Source of the DNA: an uncultured Phycisphaerales bacterium
GTDB taxonomy: Bacteria > Planctomycetota > Phycisphaerae > Sedimentisphaerales > Anaerobacaceae
NCBI GenBank assembly: GCA_963769245.1
Contig: CAVYKU010000002.1
Coordinates: 165,823-229,822, forward strand
Reading direction: 5' to 3'
DNA length: 64,000 bases
The position numbers and the translations under genes are program-made. Each line of letters starts with the position of its first letter. Position 1 is the first letter of the stretch. The notes beneath the pieces were generated by a model. It saw only the letters and a program-made list of their open reading frames with translations. It was not told the origin of the DNA and ran no database searches. Positions 35,591 through 45,705 of this stretch are shown piece by piece.

Positions 35591-36244
35591 TTATTTACGT
35601 TTTTTTTGCGTTTTCTTTTTTGCTTTTGGCGACTGTTTTTTGGACGATTCGCTTTCTCGCCTGAGGAGCGAGTAAAATTCATAGGCGTTTTTGATTGAAA
35701 TCAGCCGGCAGAGAAAACCTTCGATTTCCTCGTAAGTAGCGTCGGAGTGGATGAACTGACCGGTTTTGAGAAACTCAATCATTTTCGGGGTCAGCGGTAT
35801 GGCGTGGCCCTGCATTGAGGTGAGCATACAGTAATCAACGGCGAAGGGGGTTGCGCCGTTGAGCTTTTCGAGCAGTATTTTTGTGGGCCTTTTGCCTAAT
35901 TTACGGAGCGACTGCAGGCCGAGCATATTGTGTTTATTGAATACGGCATTAAGCACGCTGACGAGCGTGGCTGCGATGCTGCGTGCCGGCTCGACATCCG
36001 GGCCGAGGACTTCGACTATTTCCTCGATGGTTGCCACCCGTAAATCATTCCAGTCAACAAAGTAGTCCTTGAGCTTTTTAATCGCGGCCTGCGTGTGCGA
36101 TTCCGTGAGGTTTTCGCTTACGATGGCGAAGACGAGGGCGTCAACGGGCTCATCGTACTCAACAGGGTGATGCCTGCCCGGTTTTTGCTTCAATGAGCGA
36201 TATAGTTTTTGAATTTTTTTTGAGTATTCTTTACTGTCTTTCAT
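35591..36244 (-). CDS. endonuclease III-like helix-hairpin-helix domain protein with a Lys-rich tail (hypothetical)
   Basis: By eye the layout resembles HhH-GPD proteins (DALVFAIVSENLTES...LRVATIEEIVEVL...LRKLGKRPTKILLEKL...AVDYCML). The C-terminus is KKQSPKAKKKTQKKRK. I place the start at ATG 36244 because the longer track ORF overlaps rbfA. Confidence 0.5.
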   Translation of the reverse strand: MKDSKEYSKKIQKLYRSLKQKPGRHHPVEYDEPVDALVFAIVSENLTESHTQAAIKKLKDYFVDWNDLRVATIEEIVEVLGPDVEPARSIAATLVSVLNAVFNKHNMLGLQSLRKLGKRPTKILLEKLNGATPFAVDYCMLTSMQGHAIPLTPKMIEFLKTGQFIHSDATYEEIEGFLCRLISIKNAYEFYSLLRRESESSKKQSPKAKKKTQKKRK

Positions 36245-36311
36245 AAGTATCCTGCGGCACCCCTTAGGGGTGAAAACGCGGCCGGAATTGCCATGCCGGC
36301 AAATATAACAA

Positions 36312-36698
36312 TCAACCGTGCTCCTGGTCAATGGAATCTTTGTCTTTGAACTCACCGGCCAGGTCGTCAATGAGCCTCATAGTTTCGATGGTTTTCTTGA
36401 AATTTTCGTCCTTGTGGAGATTTATAACGGGACAAAACCTGCTTTTAATCTGTTCTGCAAGGAGCATCTGGATTCGTCTTCTGGCGTGGAGAATCGCGAT
36501 GAAGGTTTTGTTCTGAGCGGTTTCGGTGCCGCCGAACATGCTGAGATAGACGTTGGCGATGCGCATATCCGCGGAGATATCAACCTTTGTTACGCTGACC
36601 AATGATTCTATTCGCGGGTCGCTGAGGTGATTGGCTATGGCGTCGCTAACCGCCTCCCTTACGACACGTGCGATTTTCTCCTGTCTTCTCGTGGGCAT
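36312..36698 (-). CDS. rbfA: ribosome-binding factor A
   Basis: The pattern RVVREAVSDAIANHLSDPRIESLVSVTKVDISADMRIANVYLS fits RbfA, and the gene lies downstream of infB. Confidence 0.9.
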   Translation of the reverse strand: MPTRRQEKIARVVREAVSDAIANHLSDPRIESLVSVTKVDISADMRIANVYLSMFGGTETAQNKTFIAILHARRRIQMLLAEQIKSRFCPVINLHKDENFKKTIETMRLIDDLAGEFKDKDSIDQEHG

Positions 36699-36718
36699 AA
36701 TAGTATAAAGAGCGATAC

Positions 36719-39325
36719 CTACTGGAGGGTTCTCGCCACCTTCTGGATTTCGTAAAGTTCAAATACGTCGTCGGTTTTCACGTCGTCGAAGCGGGCGATT
36801 TTGATGCCGCATTCGAGACCGGCTTTTACTTCGCTGGCGTCGTTTTTGAAGTGCTTGAGCGACTCGATGGTCATATTGTCGCGTATGACGATGTTGTCGC
36901 GGATGAGACGAATTTTCGCGTTCTTTTTGACGACGCCGTCGTTGACAAAGCAACCGGCGATTGTTCCGACCTTTGAGACCTTGAAAGTTGTTCTGACGAC
37001 GGCTCTGCCGATGGTTTTTTCCCGCTCTTCGGGTTCGAGCAGGCCGACCATCGATTTCTGGATGTCTTCAGTAATGCGATAGATGATGTTGTAGAATCTT
37101 ATATCGACGCCTTTTTTCTCAGCCATTTTGGCGACGAGTTCGTCTGCTACAACGTTGAAGCCGATGATGATAGCGTTTGACGCTTCTGCGAGGATGACGT
37201 CGCCCTCGGTGATGCCGCCGGTGCCGGTATGCAGAATCTTGAGTTTGACTTCGGCGGTGCTCATTTCGGAGATATATTTAGTCAGGACATCCACCGAACC
37301 CTGGACGTCGGCGCGTATGATAAGATTAAGCTCTTTGACGGTTCCGGCTTTAATATGGGTGAATAGGTTATCGAGGGTGATCTGAGTTCTTTTGGCGAGA
37401 GCGCCTTCCCTATGGAGCATCTGGTTTTCGTCGGAGGCGGCCTTGGCTCTGTTAATGTCATTGAGTATGTAGAATCTGTCGCCGGCATTGGGGACAAACT
37501 GAAGACCGCTAACCTCGACGGGAGTTGAGCTTGTCACGAATTTGACGCTTTTGCCGAAGCCGTCTTTGAGGGTTTTGACCCTGCCGTAGGCGCAGCCGGC
37601 GAGGATTATGTCGCCCTTGGTCATAACGCCTTCTTTGATAAGCACAGTGGCGACGGGGCCCCTGGTTTGCGAGAGATGCGCTTCGACGACCCAGCCGGTG
37701 GCGGGTATGGTGTCGTCGGCTTTAAGGTCGAGCAGTTCTGCGACGTAATCAAGGTGTTCGAGCAGGTCGGCGATACCCTGGCCTGTGGTTGCGCTTGTTT
37801 TGACTATTTCTGTTGTTCCGCTCCATTCCACGGGAATCAGCTCGTGTTCTGCCAGTTGTGAGTAAACGCGATTGATATCGCTTCCGGGCAGATCGATTTT
37901 GTTTAGGGCGACGATGACAGGGACGTTGGCCGCTTTTGCGTGGTGAATTGCTTCGATTGTCTGGGGCATAACGCCATCACCAGCGGCGACGACGAGCACG
38001 ACGACGTCAGTCATAGTCGCGCCTCTTGCCCGCATAGCCGTAAACGCCTCGTGGCCCGGCGTGTCAAGGAATGTTACTTTGCCCTTTCCAACATTGACCT
38101 GATAAGCGCCGATATGCTGTGTGATTCCGCCTGCTTCGCCTGCGGTGACATTTGTGGAACGAATTTTATCCAGCAAACTTGTTTTGCCGTGGTCAACATG
38201 GCCCAGCATAGTAGCGATAACGGGGCGTCGTTTTAGATTGGGCCTGGGTCTGTTTTCAAATTCTGTTTTTATCTGGTCTTCGAGGGAGGCCTTGTGTTCG
38301 ACGTGCAATTCAGTGCCTAATTCCAAGGCGACAAGTTCCGCGACCTCAGAGCTGATGCTCTGATTTGCTGTGGCAATGACGTTCTGTTTCAACAGTTTAG
38401 TGATAACGTCCTGGACTCTTACGGCCAGCGCAGCGGCGAGGCTTTTGACAGTAATTGGTTCGATAATTGAGGCGGATGTGGGTTTAACTACGGGCTGTGC
38501 GACTTCAGGGTGGGTTTTTGAGGTGATTTTCCGCAGCGGCCTGAGTCGTAAACCTTCGCTTCCTGCGGCATCGAGCCGGGCTCGCCTTTCTTCTAAATCT
38601 TTCTCTCGCCTCTGGGTAATCAGCTTGGTTTTCTTGACGGTTTCGGTGTCATATTCAGACCGTCTTCGGCCGCCTGTTCGATCTTTTGGTTTTCTTGTGG
38701 CGGTCTGTCCGCTCCTGACTGGTACGATGGTATCTTCATCTTTGTCTGAGGCCATCAAAGGCGAGGTTACGGGCATATCATACCTGGGTTTTGGTCTCGG
38801 TCGTCGCACTACTGGCGCAGGTTCCGGTGCCTCGATGCGCACGACCTGAGGGCCTGTAAGTTTGGCCGGCTCGGGTTTTTCGAGCATAGGGCCGGCGGGT
38901 ATGATTGGTTCCGGCTTTGGCGGCTCGACCCTTGCGGCGGCACGTCTCGGCTGAGGCGGGGCGGGTTGCTCGATAACAGGCGCCGGCTCGGCCGGTGTTT
39001 CCAAAGCCGGTGGTACTTCCTGAATCTCGGTAACAGCGGGTGTTTCCTGTGGTATTTCGGCAGTGGCTGGCTTCGCTTCGGCGGTTTTTTTACTTCTTGA
39101 TTTTCTAACGCGGACTTTTTCGAGGTCAACTTTCTGAGCAGTTTCGATGGCGGTGGTGTGGTCTCCCTCACTGAACCATTCTTTTATAGTGGCCGCTTGC
39201 CCGGCGGTGAGAGTGGCCATGTGGTTTTTGATGGGAGGAAGCCCTTCGTCCTGCCACTTTTTCATGATAGCGGTGCTTGAAACACCAAGTTCGCGAGCCA
39301 ACAAATATACTCTTGTTATGGCCAC
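36719..39325 (-). CDS. infB: translation initiation factor IF-2
   Basis: 868 aa. The G-domain has [20 protein letters not shown] and NKID. The N-terminal region is Pro/Ala-rich. Confidence 0.95.
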   Translation of the reverse strand: MAITRVYLLARELGVSSTAIMKKWQDEGLPPIKNHMATLTAGQAATIKEWFSEGDHTTAIETAQKVDLEKVRVRKSRSKKTAEAKPATAEIPQETPAVTEIQEVPPALETPAEPAPVIEQPAPPQPRRAAARVEPPKPEPIIPAGPMLEKPEPAKLTGPQVVRIEAPEPAPVVRRPRPKPRYDMPVTSPLMASDKDEDTIVPVRSGQTATRKPKDRTGGRRRSEYDTETVKKTKLITQRREKDLEERRARLDAAGSEGLRLRPLRKITSKTHPEVAQPVVKPTSASIIEPITVKSLAAALAVRVQDVITKLLKQNVIATANQSISSEVAELVALELGTELHVEHKASLEDQIKTEFENRPRPNLKRRPVIATMLGHVDHGKTSLLDKIRSTNVTAGEAGGITQHIGAYQVNVGKGKVTFLDTPGHEAFTAMRARGATMTDVVVLVVAAGDGVMPQTIEAIHHAKAANVPVIVALNKIDLPGSDINRVYSQLAEHELIPVEWSGTTEIVKTSATTGQGIADLLEHLDYVAELLDLKADDTIPATGWVVEAHLSQTRGPVATVLIKEGVMTKGDIILAGCAYGRVKTLKDGFGKSVKFVTSSTPVEVSGLQFVPNAGDRFYILNDINRAKAASDENQMLHREGALAKRTQITLDNLFTHIKAGTVKELNLIIRADVQGSVDVLTKYISEMSTAEVKLKILHTGTGGITEGDVILAEASNAIIIGFNVVADELVAKMAEKKGVDIRFYNIIYRITEDIQKSMVGLLEPEEREKTIGRAVVRTTFKVSKVGTIAGCFVNDGVVKKNAKIRLIRDNIVIRDNMTIESLKHFKNDASEVKAGLECGIKIARFDDVKTDDVFELYEIQKVARTLQ

Positions 39326-39345
39326 TTCTGAGACACTCCCAAAAA

Positions 39346-40581
39346 TCAGGTTTTGTTAGGGCTGTCGGCCGGGGATTGCTGCTGCGCTTGTTCCTGCAGC
39401 AGTTCTTCGGCTTGTTTTTGTTTGCCATCAGCCGCAAGTTTTTTTGCTTCTTCGACAGCCACGGCAATGAGCTGCCTGGCAAGTTCCGGTTTTATGTTAA
39501 GCTCCGTTACCAGTGGTTCGGCTCCGACATCATCCAGGTCGAGAATGGATATTATGCCAAGCGCAATAAGTTTATCAACAAGGTTGTCATCTGTGCCCTC
39601 GATACTTTTGACGCATTTAGTGAGTCGTTCAATGCCTTGGTTGTATTCATCGGGTGTTAGGATATCGATGTCCCAGCCGGTGAGACGGGCTGCGAGGCGG
39701 ACGTTCTGGCCGTGCTTGCCTATCGCCAAACTAAGCTGGTCCTCATCGACGACAACGGTAGCCCTGCCAAGCTCAAAGCAGAGGGCTATTTCGCTTACCT
39801 TTGCGGGCATAAGGCCGTTGGTAATGAAGACCTGTGATGAATCGCTCCATCGGACGATGTCAATTTTTTCACCGCCAAGTTCATCGACGATATTTTTTAT
39901 TCTGCTGCCGCGGACGCCCACGCAGGCGCCGACGGGGTCAACCTTTTCATCGAGTGAGGCGACGGCTACCTTTGTTCGGTAGCCGGCTTCGCGGGCAAGC
40001 GCCCTTATTTCGATAATTTCCTCGGCTATTTCGGGGACTTCCTGCTCAAAGAGCCGGCGAATGAAGTCCGGGTGGGTTCGGGACAGGATGATTTTAACCT
40101 GGTTTGAAACCTCTTTGACTTCGAGAATGAGGCACCTGATTCTTTCGCCCGGCCTGTGGGTTTGGCCGACTATCTGCTCGCCCTTCGGCATAAACGCCTC
40201 AGTGCGGTGGTCCAGGCCGATGACGAGGGAGCCGCCTTCGTATCGGACTACGGAACCGCTGATGATTTCGCCTTTTCTCTGTGCAAACTCGGTGTAAATA
40301 CTGTTTCTTTCGTCGGCCTTGATTTTCTGCACCATAACCTGCCTGGCGGTCTGGGCGGATATTCGGCCAAGCTGATTGATATTGATTGGCTGCTTATCCT
40401 TGAAAGCGCTTACCTGCCCGTTGGTACGGTCAATCTGGACGACGATTTCGCTTTCGGGTGTTCCGAAATGCTTCCTTATAGCGGAAACCATTGCCTCCTC
40501 AAGGTCGGCAAAGATGGATTCCTTGTCGATGTTCTTGTCTCTGGCTACGTTTTCGACTATTCTAAGTAATTCCTGGTTCAT
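39346..40581 (-). CDS. nusA: transcription termination/antitermination factor NusA
   Basis: MNQELLRIVENVARDKNIDKESIFADLEEAM..., followed by S1 and KH domains. ATG 40581 is preceded by GGAAGGAAG. The longer track ORF (to 40725) runs through a terminator hairpin. Confidence 0.95.
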   Translation of the reverse strand: MNQELLRIVENVARDKNIDKESIFADLEEAMVSAIRKHFGTPESEIVVQIDRTNGQVSAFKDKQPININQLGRISAQTARQVMVQKIKADERNSIYTEFAQRKGEIISGSVVRYEGGSLVIGLDHRTEAFMPKGEQIVGQTHRPGERIRCLILEVKEVSNQVKIILSRTHPDFIRRLFEQEVPEIAEEIIEIRALAREAGYRTKVAVASLDEKVDPVGACVGVRGSRIKNIVDELGGEKIDIVRWSDSSQVFITNGLMPAKVSEIALCFELGRATVVVDEDQLSLAIGKHGQNVRLAARLTGWDIDILTPDEYNQGIERLTKCVKSIEGTDDNLVDKLIALGIISILDLDDVGAEPLVTELNIKPELARQLIAVAVEEAKKLAADGKQKQAEELLQEQAQQQSPADSPNKT

Positions 40582-40605
40582 TTGTTTATGCTTCCTTCCA
40601 ACAAT

Positions 40606-40633
40606 AAAAAAAAAGGAAACCATACCGGTTTCC
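40606..40633 (-). terminator. intrinsic terminator/attenuator in the nusA leader
   Basis: The minus strand reads GGAAACC-ggtat-GGTTTCC followed by TTTTTTTTT, ending about 8 nt before the nusA RBS. Confidence 0.6.
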
Positions 40634-40814
40634 ACTTCCACGCTGCAAGCCCAATAAATCAAGGTTGTCGTTGGTTTGACGCTACATTTTATACCTCCGT
40701 AGCTCAACCTGACGTTGTATAACAACCCGATTCATAGGCCGTCGCTGGAGCAAAAACCCTTGCATACCGGCCACAATCGGCGCGAAACCTTCGCCGAACC
40801 GAGCAATTGTTCGG

Positions 40815-40843
40815 CTAATACGCACTGTAAGCAGATCCTGCAA
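40815..40843 (-). promoter_or_regulatory. putative sigma-70 promoter (TTGCAG-17 nt-TATTAG) for the nusA-infB-rbfA leader
   Basis: On the minus strand TTGCAG lies at 40843-40838 and TATTAG at 40820-40815. This implies a leader of about 225 nt. Confidence 0.4.
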
Positions 40844-41078
40844 AAATCATCGAATACACCTAACTACATTTCCCCGAGAACACGGGGCAGCCGTAAATTT
40901 TCGCACACGAAAACATATAGTAATCGTCAAAGCGGGTAATAACAATCATTTTTTTTGCAATTTGGCGGATTTTTTGGCCTGGTTTAGGGTAATGGTTATA
41001 GGGTGTTTTTTAATAGAAGGTTAGGGGGATTAGGGCGTTTTTTTGGGGTTTTAGCGGGTGTTTTTATATCGGTCAGGT

Positions 41079-43175
41079 TTAGGCGGGCTGGGGGGATTTT
41101 GAGACGGCGGTCATTTGCTTTGGGATGGTGAAGAAGAAGGTGGAGCCGACGCCGACTTTGGAGGTGAGCCAGATTTTGCCGTCATAGAGTTCGACGATTT
41201 TTTTGGTCAGGGTCAGGCCAACGCCTTCGCTTTCGACGTCGTCGTGGTTGTTGAGCGTCTGGAAGAGCTGGAATATTTTATCGAAATACTGCGGTTCGAT
41301 GCCGGGGCCGTTGTCGGCGACGCTGAATTTCCAGAAATATTTTTCGTCTTCGACGTCGATTACTATACTTCCCTGTGATTTATCGGAAAATTTTACGGCG
41401 TTGGAGATAAGGTTTAGAAATACCTGCCAGAGGTGTTCTTCTTCACATATCAGGACGGGAAGGGTTTTGTTTATAGTTATTTTGATGTTTTCGGGCGGTC
41501 TAATTCTGTTGATAACTTCCTTAGTTAATACATTCAGGTCAACCTTGCATTCTTTTGTTTTGTTTTTGGTTATTGTTGAGTATTGCAGGATGGCGTTGAT
41601 GATATTGTCCATTCGCTTGACTCTTTTGACGAGCAGGTTGATTTGTCGGCGTCCGTTGTCGTCGAACTTATCATAATAATCGGTGTATAACCATTGCGCC
41701 AGCGTGCCTATGCCCCGCAGGGGGGTTTTGAGGTCGTGCGCGGTCAGATGGGCAAAATCAGCAAGCTGTTTATTAGTTCGGCTTAACTGGGTGACGGTAG
41801 ATTCGAGGTTGGCGTTGAGTATTTCAAGCGATTTTTCTGCCCTTGTGCGTTGTGCTACTTCCTGTTGGAGGTGCCTGTTGGTTTGTTCCAGTTGTTCGAG
41901 TATTTCGGTCTGGTGTCGTTCCGCCTTCTTGCGTTCGGTGATGTCGCGGAATGACCACACCCGACCCACGATATCATCACCGATTTTTTGAGGCTGGGAG
42001 TAGCGATCGAAAACTCGCCCGTCCAGAAACTCGATCTGGTCGATACTCGATTCCTCCGGCTGTTCGTACAATTTTTTTACTTTGGCTACAAACTGCTCCG
42101 GGGCAGCAAGCTGCGCAAGGACATAGTTTATTGCTTTTTCATCATCATGGCTGGAGATAACTTCTTCCGGTATTTTCCACATATCGACGAATTTCTGATT
42201 CCATCGTGCAATACTTCCTTTCCTGTCTACAATCAGGATGCCATCGGCAGTGGATTCCAGGGAGGCACTGAGCAAGGACAGAGAAGATTTCAGTTCTTCC
42301 TCCGACTGCCTGCGTTTAGCATCCAGCCTGTTCATATAAACAGAGAGAATGTACACGGATAAACTGACTATAAACAGATTACTGACTGCTACAAACGATA
42401 CCCCGAATTCGTTGCTAAACAATCCTGTTTTTTCTCCGTGAATTTTGAACCAGCCTAAGACCAGCGGAATAACAATAATAATCGGCAGGATTCGCCGTAT
42501 CATTATGCTGCCGAAGTTGTCGCCAGTAATATCCTTCATTAACCCCTGCTCCGGCCTGACAAAGATACACCCTATACAGGACATCATAAACAATACGCTG
42601 GTATGCAGCGCCATAGCGGTACTGAATTTAGGGCCTATATGGAGTGGGTTTACGCCATACAAATATCCCACGAATGCTAAAAGAGCAACAATGCCCGCCG
42701 GAATAACCAATAACTGGGCCAGCCAGGGGAAAAGTGCGGCTTCGAATCCGCACAGGAATAACGCGATACCTATCATTACAAAAATAATCGAACTATTGAA
42801 TGCCATCCTTCCCGGATAACTTGTCAAGACAGCCGCGGCCGATTTTTTAAATAAAAGCTGGTCAATGCCAAAATCCTTTCCGAGCATGTACTCCCAGAAA
42901 GTCAGAAACCCTGTCAGAAAAACGATGAAAGCACAAAGACGGGCAATTCTGCGGACTGTCCGATTACCATGTCGTTTTGTCTGTGACAGCCATAGCGATA
43001 AGCCGATAAAAACAAAACAGACCGCTGTATTTGCTTTCATTGTAACAAAGTCAGGCGAAATGTTTTTCAGAACAGGTATATCGAGAATCCAGCCGATTAA
43101 AACAGTCGAGCCGCCAAGGAATATGCAGATACTCAATATTTCTGAAACGCTTTTAAATAATAGAGTTTTTTTCAT
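41079..43175 (-). CDS. membrane sensor histidine kinase (polytopic N-terminal domain, PAS, HisKA, HATPase_c)
   Basis: About 8 TM segments, then PAS (ADGILIVDRKGSIARWN), the H-box FAHLTAHDLKTPLRGI and the G-boxes DNGPGI and GVGLTL. Confidence 0.85.
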   Translation of the reverse strand: MKKTLLFKSVSEILSICIFLGGSTVLIGWILDIPVLKNISPDFVTMKANTAVCFVFIGLSLWLSQTKRHGNRTVRRIARLCAFIVFLTGFLTFWEYMLGKDFGIDQLLFKKSAAAVLTSYPGRMAFNSSIIFVMIGIALFLCGFEAALFPWLAQLLVIPAGIVALLAFVGYLYGVNPLHIGPKFSTAMALHTSVLFMMSCIGCIFVRPEQGLMKDITGDNFGSIMIRRILPIIIVIPLVLGWFKIHGEKTGLFSNEFGVSFVAVSNLFIVSLSVYILSVYMNRLDAKRRQSEEELKSSLSLLSASLESTADGILIVDRKGSIARWNQKFVDMWKIPEEVISSHDDEKAINYVLAQLAAPEQFVAKVKKLYEQPEESSIDQIEFLDGRVFDRYSQPQKIGDDIVGRVWSFRDITERKKAERHQTEILEQLEQTNRHLQQEVAQRTRAEKSLEILNANLESTVTQLSRTNKQLADFAHLTAHDLKTPLRGIGTLAQWLYTDYYDKFDDNGRRQINLLVKRVKRMDNIINAILQYSTITKNKTKECKVDLNVLTKEVINRIRPPENIKITINKTLPVLICEEEHLWQVFLNLISNAVKFSDKSQGSIVIDVEDEKYFWKFSVADNGPGIEPQYFDKIFQLFQTLNNHDDVESEGVGLTLTKKIVELYDGKIWLTSKVGVGSTFFFTIPKQMTAVSKSPQPA

Positions 43176-44548
43176 GCCTTAATCTCATTGGGGATGTGTG
43201 TATATGCGGCAGGATGCTTTGACGATTCTGCGAGGTTTTTTTCGGCGGCCCTGCGTGCATTGACATCAGTGATTTCACGAACATACTCTATTACACCCTT
43301 TAGTTTGCCTGTCGCAGCATCAATCAGGGGGAAACTGTAGAGGTCAATCCAGCCCGTAACTTTCCCGCCCGGCCCTATTTTGGGGACCACATCGTAATCA
43401 GCTTTGCCGGTTTCAAGAGTTCGACAGGTTGGGCAGATGTCGCAGCGTATTTTGCGTCCATGGTAAGCTTCGTAACATTTCTTTCCTGTCAAAGGCATAG
43501 CATGCGCATACCATTTTTCCATCGCCGCATTGGTCCTGACAATGTTGAGGTTGGTGTCAAGCACGCTGATGCCATCCTGGATGCTGGCAAATACTTCGGA
43601 AAGGAAGCGTTCGCTTTCTTTTATAGATTCCTGCATTTGCACTTTTTCGGTGGTGTCTGAAATAAATCCTTCGATGGCGAGCAGTTCGCCTTTGGGGTTG
43701 AATATGCCCTGTCCCTGCTCCCATACCCATTTTTGTTCACCGTCAGCGGTTTTGATTCTGTAGGTTAGCTGGAATGGTTTGTGTTCTTTCAGTGCGGCCT
43801 GAACAGTATCCCATACCTTTTCGCACTCATCCGGATGAATCAACTGGTTGTATGCTATTTTACTGTTGTTGATAAGCTCTGCGGGCTGATAGCCGGTGAG
43901 ATTGACGCTTCCTTCGCTGACAAATTCCATAGTCCAGTCGCGGTCATTCCGGCAGCGATATGCCATTCCCGGCAGGTTGGTCATCAGCGTTTGAAGCGTT
44001 CGCCGGCTCTCAAGCAGGCTGTCTTCTGCGAGCTTTCTTTCTGTTATATCGCGGACAATCACTATAAGCTGTTCATCGCTCAGCCAGACCACTCGCGCTT
44101 CACGGAATTGTTCCGTCTGGTTATGGACCGAATACTCCGCGATTTCGACGGCTTTGTTTTTTACAGCTCTTCTGACAGCCCATTCGAGTCGTCGTGCGGC
44201 CAGGGGGCCAAAACATATATAAATGCTTTTTCCGATGATTTCATTGGGGTGGATATGGCTGAAAGCTTTATTTGCCGGTATTCTGCATTCAAGGATTTTG
44301 CCTTCGGCGTCTATTCTGAGGAACATATCCGGTATGGCCTGAAAGATGGAGCGCATCTGGGAGTTGGCCTCGACCAATTCATGTGAGCTGATTTCGATGG
44401 AGCGTTCAAGCAGGAGCCGGTCGGCATCGAAATTGAAGTATGCCTCGTTAATGACGCCGATTATTTCCTGAAAATCTTTGGGGATGTTATCGGCGGAGCC
44501 GAAGATTTTTTTAATCTGGCGTCTAAGTAAGCTGTGCATTTTGTCCAT
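43172..44548 (-). CDS. multi-PAS domain signalling protein with a Cys-rich PAS (no output domain)
   Basis: Three PAS-like segments are present. The last carries C-x10-C-x2-C-x2-C (CYEAYHGRKIRCDICPTC). A 4-nt overlap links it to the downstream kinase gene. Confidence 0.8.
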   Translation of the reverse strand: MDKMHSLLRRQIKKIFGSADNIPKDFQEIIGVINEAYFNFDADRLLLERSIEISSHELVEANSQMRSIFQAIPDMFLRIDAEGKILECRIPANKAFSHIHPNEIIGKSIYICFGPLAARRLEWAVRRAVKNKAVEIAEYSVHNQTEQFREARVVWLSDEQLIVIVRDITERKLAEDSLLESRRTLQTLMTNLPGMAYRCRNDRDWTMEFVSEGSVNLTGYQPAELINNSKIAYNQLIHPDECEKVWDTVQAALKEHKPFQLTYRIKTADGEQKWVWEQGQGIFNPKGELLAIEGFISDTTEKVQMQESIKESERFLSEVFASIQDGISVLDTNLNIVRTNAAMEKWYAHAMPLTGKKCYEAYHGRKIRCDICPTCRTLETGKADYDVVPKIGPGGKVTGWIDLYSFPLIDAATGKLKGVIEYVREITDVNARRAAEKNLAESSKHPAAYTHIPNEIKA

Positions 44549-44550
44549 TG

Positions 44551-45690
44551 TCAGACCTCAGAAAACGCGGTTATTGTCATTGTTTCATTATGAAGGGCGC
44601 ATTTTGTGCTGCCCGCGACCGGCGCAATTTCTCCGTATGAGTAGAAACCGGTAAGCATTGTGTCATTGCCGAAGATTTCGCGGACTGCTTCAATTTCCTC
44701 TTCAACCCGCTGTTTAAGAATCCATTTTCTTCCGCAACAACTAACGATAATCGCCAGCTCGGCTTTAGGGCAATCAATTGTGTCGAGGCAGTTTTTCGCG
44801 GCTTTAGCGGCAGCGTCAATCATTCGTTCATAATTTACCTTCATCAGTCGGGCGTGGTAACCCTCGGGGACGTCGCCTGCAAATGTTATACTCTGTTCTT
44901 TGTCATTTGTGGCCAGGATGGTACGGACCAAACTGGTAGTTACCTCATTATCTCGGATACCGAGGGGGAAAAACAAGCCGGTGGCGGGCAGGCCTTTCGC
45001 GTGTTCGCCGAGATACTGCTTGTAGAGTTCCAGTGCGTTTTTCCCGTCAAGCTCATAGAGGACGTTACCTTTTGAGCGTGTGATAATTCTTTCGGGGCCG
45101 AAAGGGTCCCATCCCCCGATGGAGCCGTAGCCGACTTTTAGTTTGTGACCGTAGCATGCAATTGCCGATACGACGTTATTTTTTGGGATACCTTCGGAGA
45201 ATGTTAATGTTTCCTGAAACTTCGGGCCGTCTCCCGCCAGACCTCCGGTTATAATAACGTTCTCAGGCAGGTTTTTTTCAAGCCCTTTGACGAGTTCACT
45301 TCCGTTGATATTAACGCCTTTTGAAAGGACAAAGAGATGGCTCAGGTTAGCCGGATTAACAAGTGCGGCGAGGCGTTCACCGGCCAGGAAACTATCCTCA
45401 GCGGAATTGACTTCCACTTCATGGGTTCTGATGGTGGTTTTCTCGAAATATACCGCCATGGTTGTAAGGGAGTCGTCATATACTGTCGTTCCGCAAATTT
45501 CTCCTGCCGTGGAGCATCCGACAAGACACGCGTTTGGGTAAACGCCGTCAAGCTCTTTAAGAAGGGGGGATTGCTTCAGCAGGTCGTTCGAACCAAAGAC
45601 CAGTACCAGTTGTGCGGATTTTCCCAGCACTCCGGGAGCTGACGGCTGCCAGCCGGTTTTTTGCGTCCATGTATTTTGTTCGAGTTTCAT
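44551..45690 (-). CDS. FIST domain sensor protein (FIST_N plus FIST_C)
   Basis: 379 aa. The pattern (AQLVLVFGS..., GCSTAGEI, ...FYSYGEI...) is typical of FIST N/C domains. Confidence 0.8.
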   Translation of the reverse strand: MKLEQNTWTQKTGWQPSAPGVLGKSAQLVLVFGSNDLLKQSPLLKELDGVYPNACLVGCSTAGEICGTTVYDDSLTTMAVYFEKTTIRTHEVEVNSAEDSFLAGERLAALVNPANLSHLFVLSKGVNINGSELVKGLEKNLPENVIITGGLAGDGPKFQETLTFSEGIPKNNVVSAIACYGHKLKVGYGSIGGWDPFGPERIITRSKGNVLYELDGKNALELYKQYLGEHAKGLPATGLFFPLGIRDNEVTTSLVRTILATNDKEQSITFAGDVPEGYHARLMKVNYERMIDAAAKAAKNCLDTIDCPKAELAIIVSCCGRKWILKQRVEEEIEAVREIFGNDTMLTGFYSYGEIAPVAGSTKCALHNETMTITAFSEV

Positions 45691-45705
45691 ATAGTTGTCC
45701 CCTGT

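Noticed and set aside
34693-35664. 323-aa ORF on the plus strand
   Set aside because: It is antisense to hisG, has no recognisable motifs, and has the Gly/Asp/Phe-rich composition typical of a shadow frame.
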